Shown: one piece after another, positions 34,867 through 43,686 of the stretch
Numbering within the stretch: position 1 is the stretch's first letter
How the letters are laid out: every line of letters begins with the position of its first letter
Assembly (NCBI GenBank): GCA_963736865.1
Contig: CAVTQQ010000001.1
Span: 170,821 to 234,820, forward strand
Direction: 5' to 3'
Origin: an uncultured beta proteobacterium
GTDB lineage: Bacteria; Pseudomonadota; Gammaproteobacteria; Burkholderiales; Rhodocyclaceae
DNA length: 64,000 nt
The notes under the pieces: generated by a model
What the model was told of the DNA's origin: nothing
The model's input: the letters and a program-made list of their open reading frames with translations, nothing else
Database searches by the model: none
Translations under genes and position numbers: made by a program

Positions 34867-35663
34867 ACAGCGATCTGGTCGCCTGGATCGACGGCGTCGG
34901 CCTGCTGGCGCCGGGCATCGCCGACTGGCCTTCCGGCATTGAGATACTGGCCGGCCGACGGCCGTACCAGCCGGCGCCCACCATGCTGTCCGCGCCGGCG
35001 GTACTGCCACCGGCAGAGCGGCGCCGTGCCAGCCGGCTGGTCAAGGCGGCGCTGAGCGTCGGCCTGGAGGCGGTCACAGGCGCCGGCGCCGCTGCCGCGA
35101 CGCTGGCCACCGTGTTCACCTCGTCCTCCGGCGACGGCCATAACTGCCATGCCTTGTGCGAAACGCTGGCCTCGGAGGACCGTCAGGTCTCGCCGACCCG
35201 CTTCCATAACTCGGTGCACAACGCCGCCGCCGGCTACTGGGGCATCGCCACCGGCGCCATGGCGGCGAGCCAGGTGCTGTGTGCCTTCGACGCCAGTTTT
35301 GCCGCCGGCCTGCTGGAGGCGCTGGCGCAGGCGAGCGTGGCGGCCATGCCGATCCTGCTGGTTTCCTACGACGCCGAATACCCCGAGCCCATCCATCCCG
35401 CCCGGCCGGTGCCGGATGCCGCCGGCATCGCCTTGCTGCTGTCGCCGCAAGCGGGGCCGCGCTCGCTGGCGCGGCTGGCCGTCCGGCTCGACGAGACACC
35501 CGCCACCCCCATGCGCCTGCCGGTCCTGGAGAGCCTGCGCACCGACATCCCGGCCATGCGCGGTTTGCCCTTGCTCGATCTGCTGGCCCGGTCGGCGGCC
35601 GGCGACGTCGTCCTCGAGTACCTGGCGCCGCTGCAACTGCGCGCTGAGGTGACGCCTTGCTAG
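34863..35663 (+). CDS. KS-like chain-length-factor-type partner protein (no active-site Cys recognised)
   Basis: ATGA overlap start. It is a 266-aa thiolase-fold-like protein following a KS, as in aryl-polyene and type II PKS systems. Confidence 0.65.
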   Translation: MNSDLVAWIDGVGLLAPGIADWPSGIEILAGRRPYQPAPTMLSAPAVLPPAERRRASRLVKAALSVGLEAVTGAGAAAATLATVFTSSSGDGHNCHALCETLASEDRQVSPTRFHNSVHNAAAGYWGIATGAMAASQVLCAFDASFAAGLLEALAQASVAAMPILLVSYDAEYPEPIHPARPVPDAAGIALLLSPQAGPRSLARLAVRLDETPATPMRLPVLESLRTDIPAMRGLPLLDLLARSAAGDVVLEYLAPLQLRAEVTPC

Positions 35664-36094
35664 ACCGGACCTGGATCGCCGCGCACATTCCACATCAGGC
35701 TGGCATGTGCCTGCTCGATGCCGTCGCCGAGTGGTCCCCGCAAGGCATCCGCTGCGTGACGAGCAGCCACCGACATACCGCCAATCCGCTGCGAGAGGAC
35801 GGTCGGCTCGGCGCCGCTTGCGGCATCGAATACGCCGCCCAGGCAATGGCCATTCACGGCGCACTGCTGGCGACCGAGAACGGCCAACCGCGCCAGGGCT
35901 ATCTCGCCAGCGTGCGCGGCGTCGAGCTCCGGGTGGATCGGCTCGACGATGTCACCGCGGATCTCGACATCGAAGCCGAGCGCCTGTCCGGCGACGACAA
36001 CAATGTCCTCTACCGTTTTGAAGTTCGTGCCGATGGCCGCCTGCTGCTGGATGGTCGCGCCGCGGTCATACTGGATGCGGCGGCGCTGACATGA
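35657..36094 (+). CDS. Hotdog-fold dehydratase-like protein
   Basis: 145-aa ORF with a TTG start overlapping the upstream stop. The position between the KS pair and the ketoreductase is typical of APE clusters. Confidence 0.65.
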   Translation: MLDRTWIAAHIPHQAGMCLLDAVAEWSPQGIRCVTSSHRHTANPLREDGRLGAACGIEYAAQAMAIHGALLATENGQPRQGYLASVRGVELRVDRLDDVTADLDIEAERLSGDDNNVLYRFEVRADGRLLLDGRAAVILDAAALT

Positions 36095-36810
36095 AACGCG
36101 CCCTGGTCACCGGCGGCAGCGGCGGCATCGGCGCGGCCATCGCCCGACGGCTGGCGGCGGACGGCTGCGCGGTGCTGGTGCACGCCAATGCGCATCCCGA
36201 CCGGGCCGAGGCCGTCGCGGCGACTATCCGTGCCGCGGGCGGCCAGGCGCGGGCCTTGGCCTTCGACGTCACCGACGCGGCAGCAACGCTGGCGGCGCTG
36301 GAGGCGGAGTTGCGGACCGGGCCCATCCAGATCGTGGTCAACAACGCCGGCATCCATGCCGACGCGGTGTTCCCCGGCATGTCGGCCCGGCAGTGGTCCT
36401 CGGTCATCGCCGTCTCGCTCAACGGCTTCTTCAACGTCACCCAGCCGCTGACGCTGCCGATGATCCGCACGCGCTGGGGGCGCATCATCAACATCACGTC
36501 GGTCGCCGGTCTGGTCGGCAACCGCGGCCAGGTGAACTACGCTGCCGCCAAGGGCGCCCTGCACGCGGCGAGCAAGTCGCTGGCGCTGGAGCTGGCCAGC
36601 CGCGGCATCACGGTCAACGCCGTCGCGCCGGGCATCATCGACACCGGCATGATCGAAGGCGCCTTCGACGCCGAAACGATCAAGGCGCTGGTGCCAATGC
36701 GGCGGGCCGGCAAGCCGGAAGAGGTCGCGGACCTGGTCGCGTTTCTTGCCTCCGAGCAGGCGGCCTACATTTCCGGCCAGGTGATCTCGATCAATGGCGC
36801 GATGGTCTAG
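36091..36810 (+). CDS. 3-oxoacyl-ACP reductase (SDR, FabG-like)
   Basis: 239-aa ORF with TGGSGGIGAAIA cofactor motif, NNAG, and the catalytic YAAAKGAL (Y-x3-K). Confidence 0.92.
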   Translation: MKRALVTGGSGGIGAAIARRLAADGCAVLVHANAHPDRAEAVAATIRAAGGQARALAFDVTDAAATLAALEAELRTGPIQIVVNNAGIHADAVFPGMSARQWSSVIAVSLNGFFNVTQPLTLPMIRTRWGRIINITSVAGLVGNRGQVNYAAAKGALHAASKSLALELASRGITVNAVAPGIIDTGMIEGAFDAETIKALVPMRRAGKPEEVADLVAFLASEQAAYISGQVISINGAMV

Positions 36811-36886
36811 CGTCGTCGCGCCGACAGCCGATGGCGGAACCGGTTTTGCCCGCGCAGAACGGGATGTCGGAAACATGGTTTGCGGC

Positions 36887-36909
36887 TATAATTCTTACCG
36901 AAGCGGTAA
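36887..36909 (+). promoter_or_regulatory. Putative vapBC promoter -10 (TATAAT) followed by inverted repeat TTACCG-AAG-CGGTAA
   Basis: Read directly from the sequence. It lies 22-44 nt upstream of the antitoxin ATG. I could not identify a convincing -35. Confidence 0.35.
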
Positions 36910-36930
36910 TACCACGATGAGGAGCGCGAC

Positions 36931-37179
36931 ATGCGACTGACGAGCAAATGCCAGGTGACGATTCCGCAGGGAATCCGTGAGCTGGCCGGACTGGTCCCGG
37001 GAAGCGAAGTCGAGTTTCAATTCAAGAATGGCCAGGTCTTGCTGGAGAAAGTGGCGTCCGACGAGAGCCAGCGACGGGAGCGCGTTCTGGCCACGTTGCG
37101 CGAAGTCGCGGGTAGTGCCACGGCCAACCGGGAATTGCGCACTGACGACGTCCTGCGCATGACGCGCGGCGAGGATTGA
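36931..37179 (+). CDS. vapB: AbrB/MazE/SpoVT-type antitoxin (VapB-like)
   Basis: 82-aa ORF with a swapped-hairpin motif (KCQVTIPQGIRELAGL). It lies directly upstream of a PIN gene. Confidence 0.8.
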   Translation: MRLTSKCQVTIPQGIRELAGLVPGSEVEFQFKNGQVLLEKVASDESQRRERVLATLREVAGSATANRELRTDDVLRMTRGED

Positions 37180-37182
37180 GCA

Positions 37183-37596
37183 TTGCTTCTCGTTGACAGC
37201 AATGTGCTGCTGGACATATTCACCGCTGATCCGGATTGGCTGTCCTGGTCGCAGTCGGCGTTGGCCGAAGCCTTGCTGGATGGTCCGGTGGCGATCAACC
37301 AACTGGTGTATGCGGAAGTGTCGGTCGCTTACAAGCAGTTGGCCGAACTCGATGCCGTGCTGTCCCGATTGAAGATTCAGCGCGCCGATCTCCCGTGGCA
37401 TGCCGCACATCTCGCCGGCCAGGCCTTCTTGAAATACCGCCGAAGCGGCGGGGCCAGGACATCACCCTTGCCCGATTTCTACATCGGTGCCCATGCCCAG
37501 TCGGCGGGACTGCCCTTGTTGACCCGGGACGCGAGTCGTTACCGGACGTATTTTCCGAAGGTAAGACTGATCGCGCCACGGACGCGACGCGGATAG
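37183..37596 (+). CDS. vapC: PIN-domain ribonuclease toxin (VapC-like)
   Basis: 137-aa ORF with N-terminal LLVDSNVLLD (first acidic residue) and C-terminal LLTRDASRY. Confidence 0.8.
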   Translation: MLLVDSNVLLDIFTADPDWLSWSQSALAEALLDGPVAINQLVYAEVSVAYKQLAELDAVLSRLKIQRADLPWHAAHLAGQAFLKYRRSGGARTSPLPDFYIGAHAQSAGLPLLTRDASRYRTYFPKVRLIAPRTRRG

Positions 37597-37628
37597 CATC
37601 GCCGTACGCCAGCGCCCAACGCCCGGTC

Positions 37629-38192
37629 ATGCCCCTCGCCCAACGTGTCGCCCGTCGTGCCCTCCGCCTGCTTGGCTGGACCTGCATCGACAACCTGGCG
37701 ACCCGTCCCGAGCGCGCCGTCGTGATCGGCTACCCGCATACCTCGAACTGGGACTTTCCGATCGGCCTGCTGGCCATGGCCGCGCTGGGGCTCGATGCCC
37801 GCTGGGTCGGCAAGGACACGCTGTTTCGCGGCCCCTTGGGCCCGGTGATGCGCTGGCTGGGCGGCATTCCCGTCAATCGACGCCAGCCCGCCGGCTTCGT
37901 CGAGCGGCTGGCCGCCGAGATGCGGCGGCAGCGCCGCTTCATGCTGGCCATCGCGCCGGAAGGTACGCGTCGCCTGACGCCGGGCTGGAAATCAGGGTTC
38001 TACCGCATCGCCCGGGCCGCCGAGGTGCCGGTACTGGTCGGCATGATCGACTATTCGCACCGGGAGATAGGCCTGCTGGCCAGCATCGACCTCAGCGGCG
38101 ACGAAGCCGCCGACATGGCGCGCATTGCCGCCTGCTACCAGGACCGCCGGGGGCGCAAACCGGAACTGGCCGCGCCGATTCGGTTGATCTAG
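37629..38192 (+). CDS. 1-acyl-sn-glycerol-3-phosphate acyltransferase (PlsC-like) family protein
   Basis: Internal ATG at 37629. It has the H-x4-D box (YPHTSNWDF) and the PEGTR motif (IAPEGTRR). Confidence 0.8.
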   Translation: MPLAQRVARRALRLLGWTCIDNLATRPERAVVIGYPHTSNWDFPIGLLAMAALGLDARWVGKDTLFRGPLGPVMRWLGGIPVNRRQPAGFVERLAAEMRRQRRFMLAIAPEGTRRLTPGWKSGFYRIARAAEVPVLVGMIDYSHREIGLLASIDLSGDEAADMARIAACYQDRRGRKPELAAPIRLI

Positions 38193-38407
38193 CGCCGACC
38201 GTCCGCCGCCTGCTGGTATTTCTTGAAGACGATTCTCGCGTCCCGCTGCGCGCGTTCGAGAGTGCAGATCGACGGATCGTCATCGTGGCCGCTAAAGAAA
38301 TCGTCCGCCTGGGCGCGCATGACCATCTGAATGGCCGCCTCGTCGCCCATGCTGTAGATCTCGGTGATGAGCGTGGTCACTTCATCGAGGTGTTCTTCGT
38401 AGGTCAT
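38189..38407 (-). CDS. Small acidic hypothetical protein (72 aa)
   Basis: ATG 38407 lies 5 nt after the histidine-kinase stop. I recognise no motif. Confidence 0.4.
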   Translation of the reverse strand: MTYEEHLDEVTTLITEIYSMGDEAAIQMVMRAQADDFFSGHDDDPSICTLERAQRDARIVFKKYQQAADGRR

Positions 38408-38412
38408 GTGGA

Positions 38413-41082
38413 TCACACCACCCTCCGCTTTCGTTCGGCTACCCATTTGTTGATGGTCAAGGCCAGGTCATGGACATCGATCGGCTTGGCCAGGAAGTCG
38501 TCCATGCCGGCGGCAACGCAGTGCTGGCGGTCTTCCTCGAACACGCCGGCCGTCAGGGCGACGATGGGCAGCCGTGGCCGATCGAATTCCCGCTCCCACT
38601 CCCGAATGCGTCTGGTTGCCTTCAGGCCGTCCAGGACTGGCATCTGCACGTCCATCAGCACCAGGGCGGGCTGCATTCCCCGCGTGATGGCGTCCACCGC
38701 CTCCTGGCCGTTTTCGACGCTGTGGGCGCGGAAATGCAGCTTGCCGAGCAGCGCCTCGATCACGCTTCGATTGTCGGCATTGTCCTCGACGACCAGCACG
38801 TGTTCGTCGGCTTCCGTGGCTTCACGCGCCGGCTGGTCCAGGGTGCGGTCGCCATGGCGGCTCTCCTCACCTTCGCGCAGGACATCGGCCCGGATGCGGA
38901 ACCAGAAACGCGAGCCTTTGCCTTCGCGGCTCACGACGCCGACTTCGCCCGCCATGAGCTTGGCCAGGCTGCGGACGATGGAGAGGCCCAATCCGGTTCC
39001 TCCGTATTCACGGGTGGTCGAACCATCCACCTGCGAGAAGGGCAAGAACAGCAGCGACTGCTTGTCGGCGGCAATGCCGATGCCGGTGTCGGTCACGGAA
39101 AATTCCAGCAAGGCCTGATGGCCTTCGCGTTCCAGTTCGGCGACGTTCACGCGAATTGATCCGCTGGCCGTGAACTTGACGGCATTGCTGACCAGGTTGG
39201 TCAGCATTTGGCGCAGGCGAATCGGATCGACCCAGTAACGTTGCCCCGCGGCACAGCGACAGTCCGTTTCGAGGCCGACGCCTTTGGCATGGGCAGCTTC
39301 GGCGAACAGTGCCGCGGTTTCCTCGACGACCTGCCGGGGATCGACGACCGCGTGCGCCAGCTTGAGTTTGCCGGCTTCGACCTTGGAAAGGTCCAGGATG
39401 TCATTGAGCAACGTCAGCAGGGTATGGCCTGAGTTGAGGATGGTGCGCGCGTACTCGTGACGCTCGGCCTCGCTGAGCTCTGGCATCAGCAGCAGTTGCG
39501 CCATGCCGAAAATGCCGTTCATGGGCGTGCGGATTTCGTGGCTCATGGTGGCGAGGAACTGGCTCTTCGCCTGGTTGGCGATCTCGGCGGCTTCCTTGGC
39601 GCCGAGCAGCTCCGTCTCGACACGCTTGCGCTGGGCGATGTCGCGAAAGACGTTGACGGCGCCGTTGATCCGGCCATCGCGCTTCAAGGCGGTCACGGTG
39701 TACTCGACGGGGAAGGCCGACCCATCCTTGCGCCAGTAGTAATCTTCGTCGACCCGCCGCACCTCGCCGTCGCGAAGGGTTTTGGAGACGGCGCAGTCGG
39801 TGGGGGGATAGGGGCTGCCATCCAGGCGATGGTGGTGGGTGCGGGCATGGAGGTCGATACCCACGCCTTCGTCCTCGGCCCAGCCGAACATCCGGCGCGC
39901 CGCCGGGTTCACGAACACCACCTTGCCCGCCGGATCGACCCCGCAGATGCCTTCGCCGACCGAGCTTAGTATCAGTTCGCTGTCCTGCCTGGCCGCTTCG
40001 GTTTCCTGGTTGGAGCGCTCCAGCCGCGTGGTGTATTCGGCCTCCTGGCGGCGCAGAGTCTCATGGTCGGCCTCGCGCCGCTTCCAGCCCTGATGGGCCA
40101 GTGCCGAGAAGATCAGCGTGGCCAGCACGAACAGGGCCGCCAGCCCGGCCATGCGCAGCGAGTCCTTGCGCCATTCGGCCAGATAGTCCTGGTCGGCAAG
40201 ACCGACCACCAGGTAGAGGGGATAGTCTCCGACTTGTCGGAAAGCGAAGATGCGCGGAATGCCATCGATGCCCGATGCGGCATGGTAGACGGCGACTTTT
40301 TCGGTGGAGTCGAGCAGTCGGCGCAACTGCGGGGATGGCGTCGTGGCGCCCGTATTGGCAGCTTGCGGGTCGGCCCGCGTGTAGCGGGCGACCAGGCTGG
40401 TCTTGTCCCACAGCCCGATGTTGCCTTTCGGCCCCAGGTCTAGCTTGGCGAACATGTTGACGAAGTGGTCCACCGTTACCGCGACGTGGACGTCACCGCC
40501 AAAGGAACCGTCCGGATTGTCGATCCGACGGCCCAATGTGATCATCCATTTCAGCGCCGCACGGCCCATGATGGGCTTGGAAAAAACCAGCCCGGCATTG
40601 GCGTCGTCGCGCAGGCGAATGAACTGCGGGCGGTCGGCGATGCTGGCGTTGCGCACCTTCACGTCATTCACCGCATAGCGGATGATGCCCTGCGCATCGA
40701 CGACGCGCAGACCGAGGGCCTCGGGAATATGCCGGTCCTGCCGTGTCAGAAAGCCCTCCAGCGTCGCCGGGTCGAGCCCGCCGCCGGCCATCTGCCGGGC
40801 CACTTCCTCGCCGACGGAAAGCAGGGTGATGTCGATCTTGCTGATGAATCCGGCGAGGTTTTCTTCGAGGATCTTGGCGTAGTTCGACGTCAGGGCGCTC
40901 GCCTCGGTGGCCGCGCGCTGCCGGTTCGTTTCCACCACCGAGGCGACCATGCCGATGATGAACAGGTCGATCAGCACCGTACCAAACCACAGCAGCCGGA
41001 CAAAGCCGTGAGGCTTCCTGTTGGACCCACCCATGCGTCTGCCAGCGATCATCGCCATCTCGAAACCGACCTGCCTGAACAC
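38413..41082 (-). CDS. Hybrid sensor histidine kinase/response regulator (periplasmic Cache-like, PAS, HisKA, HATPase, REC)
   Basis: H-box [13 protein letters not shown]-boxes VTDTGIGI and [10 protein letters not shown], and a receiver domain with [13 protein letters not shown]. Two TM helices flank a roughly 270-aa sensor domain. Confidence 0.9.
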   Translation of the reverse strand: MFRQVGFEMAMIAGRRMGGSNRKPHGFVRLLWFGTVLIDLFIIGMVASVVETNRQRAATEASALTSNYAKILEENLAGFISKIDITLLSVGEEVARQMAGGGLDPATLEGFLTRQDRHIPEALGLRVVDAQGIIRYAVNDVKVRNASIADRPQFIRLRDDANAGLVFSKPIMGRAALKWMITLGRRIDNPDGSFGGDVHVAVTVDHFVNMFAKLDLGPKGNIGLWDKTSLVARYTRADPQAANTGATTPSPQLRRLLDSTEKVAVYHAASGIDGIPRIFAFRQVGDYPLYLVVGLADQDYLAEWRKDSLRMAGLAALFVLATLIFSALAHQGWKRREADHETLRRQEAEYTTRLERSNQETEAARQDSELILSSVGEGICGVDPAGKVVFVNPAARRMFGWAEDEGVGIDLHARTHHHRLDGSPYPPTDCAVSKTLRDGEVRRVDEDYYWRKDGSAFPVEYTVTALKRDGRINGAVNVFRDIAQRKRVETELLGAKEAAEIANQAKSQFLATMSHEIRTPMNGIFGMAQLLLMPELSEAERHEYARTILNSGHTLLTLLNDILDLSKVEAGKLKLAHAVVDPRQVVEETAALFAEAAHAKGVGLETDCRCAAGQRYWVDPIRLRQMLTNLVSNAVKFTASGSIRVNVAELEREGHQALLEFSVTDTGIGIAADKQSLLFLPFSQVDGSTTREYGGTGLGLSIVRSLAKLMAGEVGVVSREGKGSRFWFRIRADVLREGEESRHGDRTLDQPAREATEADEHVLVVEDNADNRSVIEALLGKLHFRAHSVENGQEAVDAITRGMQPALVLMDVQMPVLDGLKATRRIREWEREFDRPRLPIVALTAGVFEEDRQHCVAAGMDDFLAKPIDVHDLALTINKWVAERKRRVV

Positions 41083-41182
41083 TATCGCGGCCGAGAACCG
41101 GGACCTTCGCTTCCTCCCATCATTTCCTACCAGACCATTGTAGGCCCGCGGCGCGGGGAACGGTGGCCGGATGCTCGGGCGC

Positions 41183-43402
41183 TCAGGTGCGCAGCGCGCG
41201 CAGTTCCTTGTTCATGAAGCGCAGGCGCATCGCCAACAGGCTGGCGATGCCTTCGAAGATGTAGGCGGCGGCCTGGCTGTGCGCCCCGGCGAATTCGTTG
41301 AAGCGCTGGCGGGAGAGTACGAAGCATTCGACATCGCTGAGGGCGAGCGCGTCGCCGGAGCGGCGTTCGCTATCCAGAAAGCCCATTTCGCCGATGAAGT
41401 CGCCGCGCCCGAAGGTGCCCAGGTGCCACGCCTCCTTCTTGCGCAGTGGCAACGTGACCCGGACCGTGCCGCTGCGGATGAACAGCAGCTCGTCGCCCGG
41501 CGCGCCGACCTTGAGCACCTTCTTGCCGGCCCGGAAACGTCGCGTTTCGATGATGGCGGCGAGGTTGGTCAGCGTGCCCGGCTTCCAGCCGAGCAGATGT
41601 TCCAGGCCATCGAGCTCCAGGGGCGGCTGATTGTCCTCGGCGCGGTCGAGCTCGGCGCCCAGCAACCGGGCTTCGATCCATTCCAGCGCCTCGTCGAGCT
41701 GGCGGAACGTCAGGGCCTTCTCGGTGTCGCGCACCAGGCCCACCTCGCGCAGGTAGCGCTTCATCTTCAGACCGCTCGGCAGGCCATGCGGTATTTCGGC
41801 GAAGATCAGATAGGCGCCCACCGCGTCCAGGCGGTCCTTGATCTGTTCCAGGACATGGGTGGCGGTCAGGTCGAGCGACTGTACCCGGCGCATGTTCAGG
41901 ATGACATAGGTACGCGGCCCGATCTCGGGTTCGAGCGCCTGGTAGAGCTGGTTGGCGGTGCCGAAGAACAGACTGCCCTGCAGCTCGACGATCACGGTCT
42001 TGCTGCCGTTGCGGACCAGGATTTCCAGCTCGTGCGCGTGGCGGACGACGCGCGAGAACATCTCGCCGCCATCGATCTTCCGGCGCAGCACCGTGCTGCG
42101 CGCCTGCTCGCGCAAGTAGAGCACGACGGCGAGCACGATGCCGGCCCCCGAGGCGGCGATCAGGTTCACGGTGAGGGCCACGCCGACAACGGTGAGGATC
42201 ACCAGGAAGTCGAAGCGGGTCGATGCGGTGCGGAAGAAGTCCAGGCTGCGCCAGTCGATCATCCGGTAGCCGACCACCAGCAGGATCGCCCCCAGGGTGG
42301 CAATCGGCAGCCAGGCCACCAGCGAGGAAATCAGCAGGAAGGCGAGCAGCGCGAAGCCGCCCTCGATCATGCCGGAGCGGCGCGTCTGGGCGCCGCTGGT
42401 GACGTTGACCAGCGAGGCGCCCATGGTGCCGGCGCCCGGGATGCCGCCGAGCAGCGCGGCGCCGATATTGCCCAGGCCCTGGCCGACCATCTCCCGGTTG
42501 GGGTTGTGGTGGGAATTGGTCAGCGCGTCGAGCACGACGCAGGTCTTCAGCGTATCGATGGACAGGAGCGCCGCGAGGGACAGCGCGGGCAGGAGGATCT
42601 CGGCGAGCAGCGTCGGGTCCCAGGCGCGCAGCGCCAGCAGGTTATGGCCGACGGCGTCGAGCAGATGACTGTCAGTCAGGCTGAGCGGGCCGACGATGAA
42701 GGGATTGTCCTGGAGCCGCCACAGGGCCGGATCGGCGAAGCCGAGGCCGAAATAGACCAGGATGCCCGCCAGCAGCGCGATGATCGCCGGCGGCGCGGCG
42801 CGGGTCAGGCGCGGCACGCCGATCATCGCCGCGATCACCACCACGCCGACCACCAGGCTCTGCCAGTGCCACGTACCGGGATGCGACAGAACCTGCCAGA
42901 AGCCCAGGCCCTTGTCCGCGCCGAGTACGCGCGGCAACTGGCCGCCGATGATGGTCAGCCCGACGGCGGAGAGATAACCGCTCACCACGGGATAGGGGAT
43001 GTACTTGATCAGCCGGCCGATGCCGGAGAGGCCGATGCCGATCTGCACGGCACCGGCCGCCAGGCTGATGAGCATCAACATCATGATGATCGCTTCCGGT
43101 GCCGTGCCGCGCTGTGCCAGGTTGATGGTCAGCGCCGCCAGCAGCGCCGCCGCGGGCGCGCAGGGCGCGGTGATCAGCCGGTCGGTGCCACCGAAGGCGG
43201 AGGCGATGAGGCCGAGCGCCATGGTACCGAGTATTCCGGCCACCGCCCCCTGAGCGGCGTAGCCGCCGCCGAGCGGTGCGAAGATGGTGACACCAAAGGC
43301 GATCGCCGCCGGCAGCGCCACCAGCATGGCCGCCAGACCGCCCCACAGGTCGCCCGTCCAGGGGTGAGCAATTTTGCCTGCTTCCATATCCTTCTTCGCC
43401 AA
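41183..43402 (-). CDS. SulP-family anion transporter with STAS and C-terminal cyclic-nucleotide-binding domain
   Basis: 739-aa ORF with a polytopic SulP core and then a STAS-like region. The cNMP-binding fold includes GDFIGEMGFLD and RSGDALA. Confidence 0.85.
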   Translation of the reverse strand: MAKKDMEAGKIAHPWTGDLWGGLAAMLVALPAAIAFGVTIFAPLGGGYAAQGAVAGILGTMALGLIASAFGGTDRLITAPCAPAAALLAALTINLAQRGTAPEAIIMMLMLISLAAGAVQIGIGLSGIGRLIKYIPYPVVSGYLSAVGLTIIGGQLPRVLGADKGLGFWQVLSHPGTWHWQSLVVGVVVIAAMIGVPRLTRAAPPAIIALLAGILVYFGLGFADPALWRLQDNPFIVGPLSLTDSHLLDAVGHNLLALRAWDPTLLAEILLPALSLAALLSIDTLKTCVVLDALTNSHHNPNREMVGQGLGNIGAALLGGIPGAGTMGASLVNVTSGAQTRRSGMIEGGFALLAFLLISSLVAWLPIATLGAILLVVGYRMIDWRSLDFFRTASTRFDFLVILTVVGVALTVNLIAASGAGIVLAVVLYLREQARSTVLRRKIDGGEMFSRVVRHAHELEILVRNGSKTVIVELQGSLFFGTANQLYQALEPEIGPRTYVILNMRRVQSLDLTATHVLEQIKDRLDAVGAYLIFAEIPHGLPSGLKMKRYLREVGLVRDTEKALTFRQLDEALEWIEARLLGAELDRAEDNQPPLELDGLEHLLGWKPGTLTNLAAIIETRRFRAGKKVLKVGAPGDELLFIRSGTVRVTLPLRKKEAWHLGTFGRGDFIGEMGFLDSERRSGDALALSDVECFVLSRQRFNEFAGAHSQAAAYIFEGIASLLAMRLRFMNKELRALRT

Positions 43403-43603
43403 TTGGACCGCCGCCCGGTCAATTTACCTCAGTTCGGCCAGCCGGACCGCAAGATGGGCGCGGTGGTTACGACAGAGTGCTCCGATGCTCCCCCAATACC
43501 CATTCTTGGAGCGTCGGATTACTTTACAACCAGCGGCACCTACACATCGGGTGGCCTGAATGAGGCAATGGAAGCCACTGAATTATATGTACAAACGATA
43601 AAT

Positions 43604-43619
43604 CGGCACCTAAGTTGCT
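43604..43619 (+). promoter_or_regulatory. Sigma-54 type promoter (CGGCACCTAAGTTGCT; GG at -24, GC at -12, correct spacing)
   Basis: Compared with the consensus TGGCACG-N4-TTGCW, both the GGCAC and TTGC cores match. It lies 68-83 nt upstream of the ATG at 43687. Confidence 0.6.
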
Positions 43620-43686
43620 TGCATCTTGACGAGTGCTGGATGGGCAAGCAACCCGGCACAAGCGGATCGTTGATAGGAGACGCGCC

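Noticed and set aside
38189-38192. A CTAG tetranucleotide that supplies overlapping stop codons for two convergent genes.
   Set aside because: It is a curiosity of tight packing with no functional implication that I can argue.
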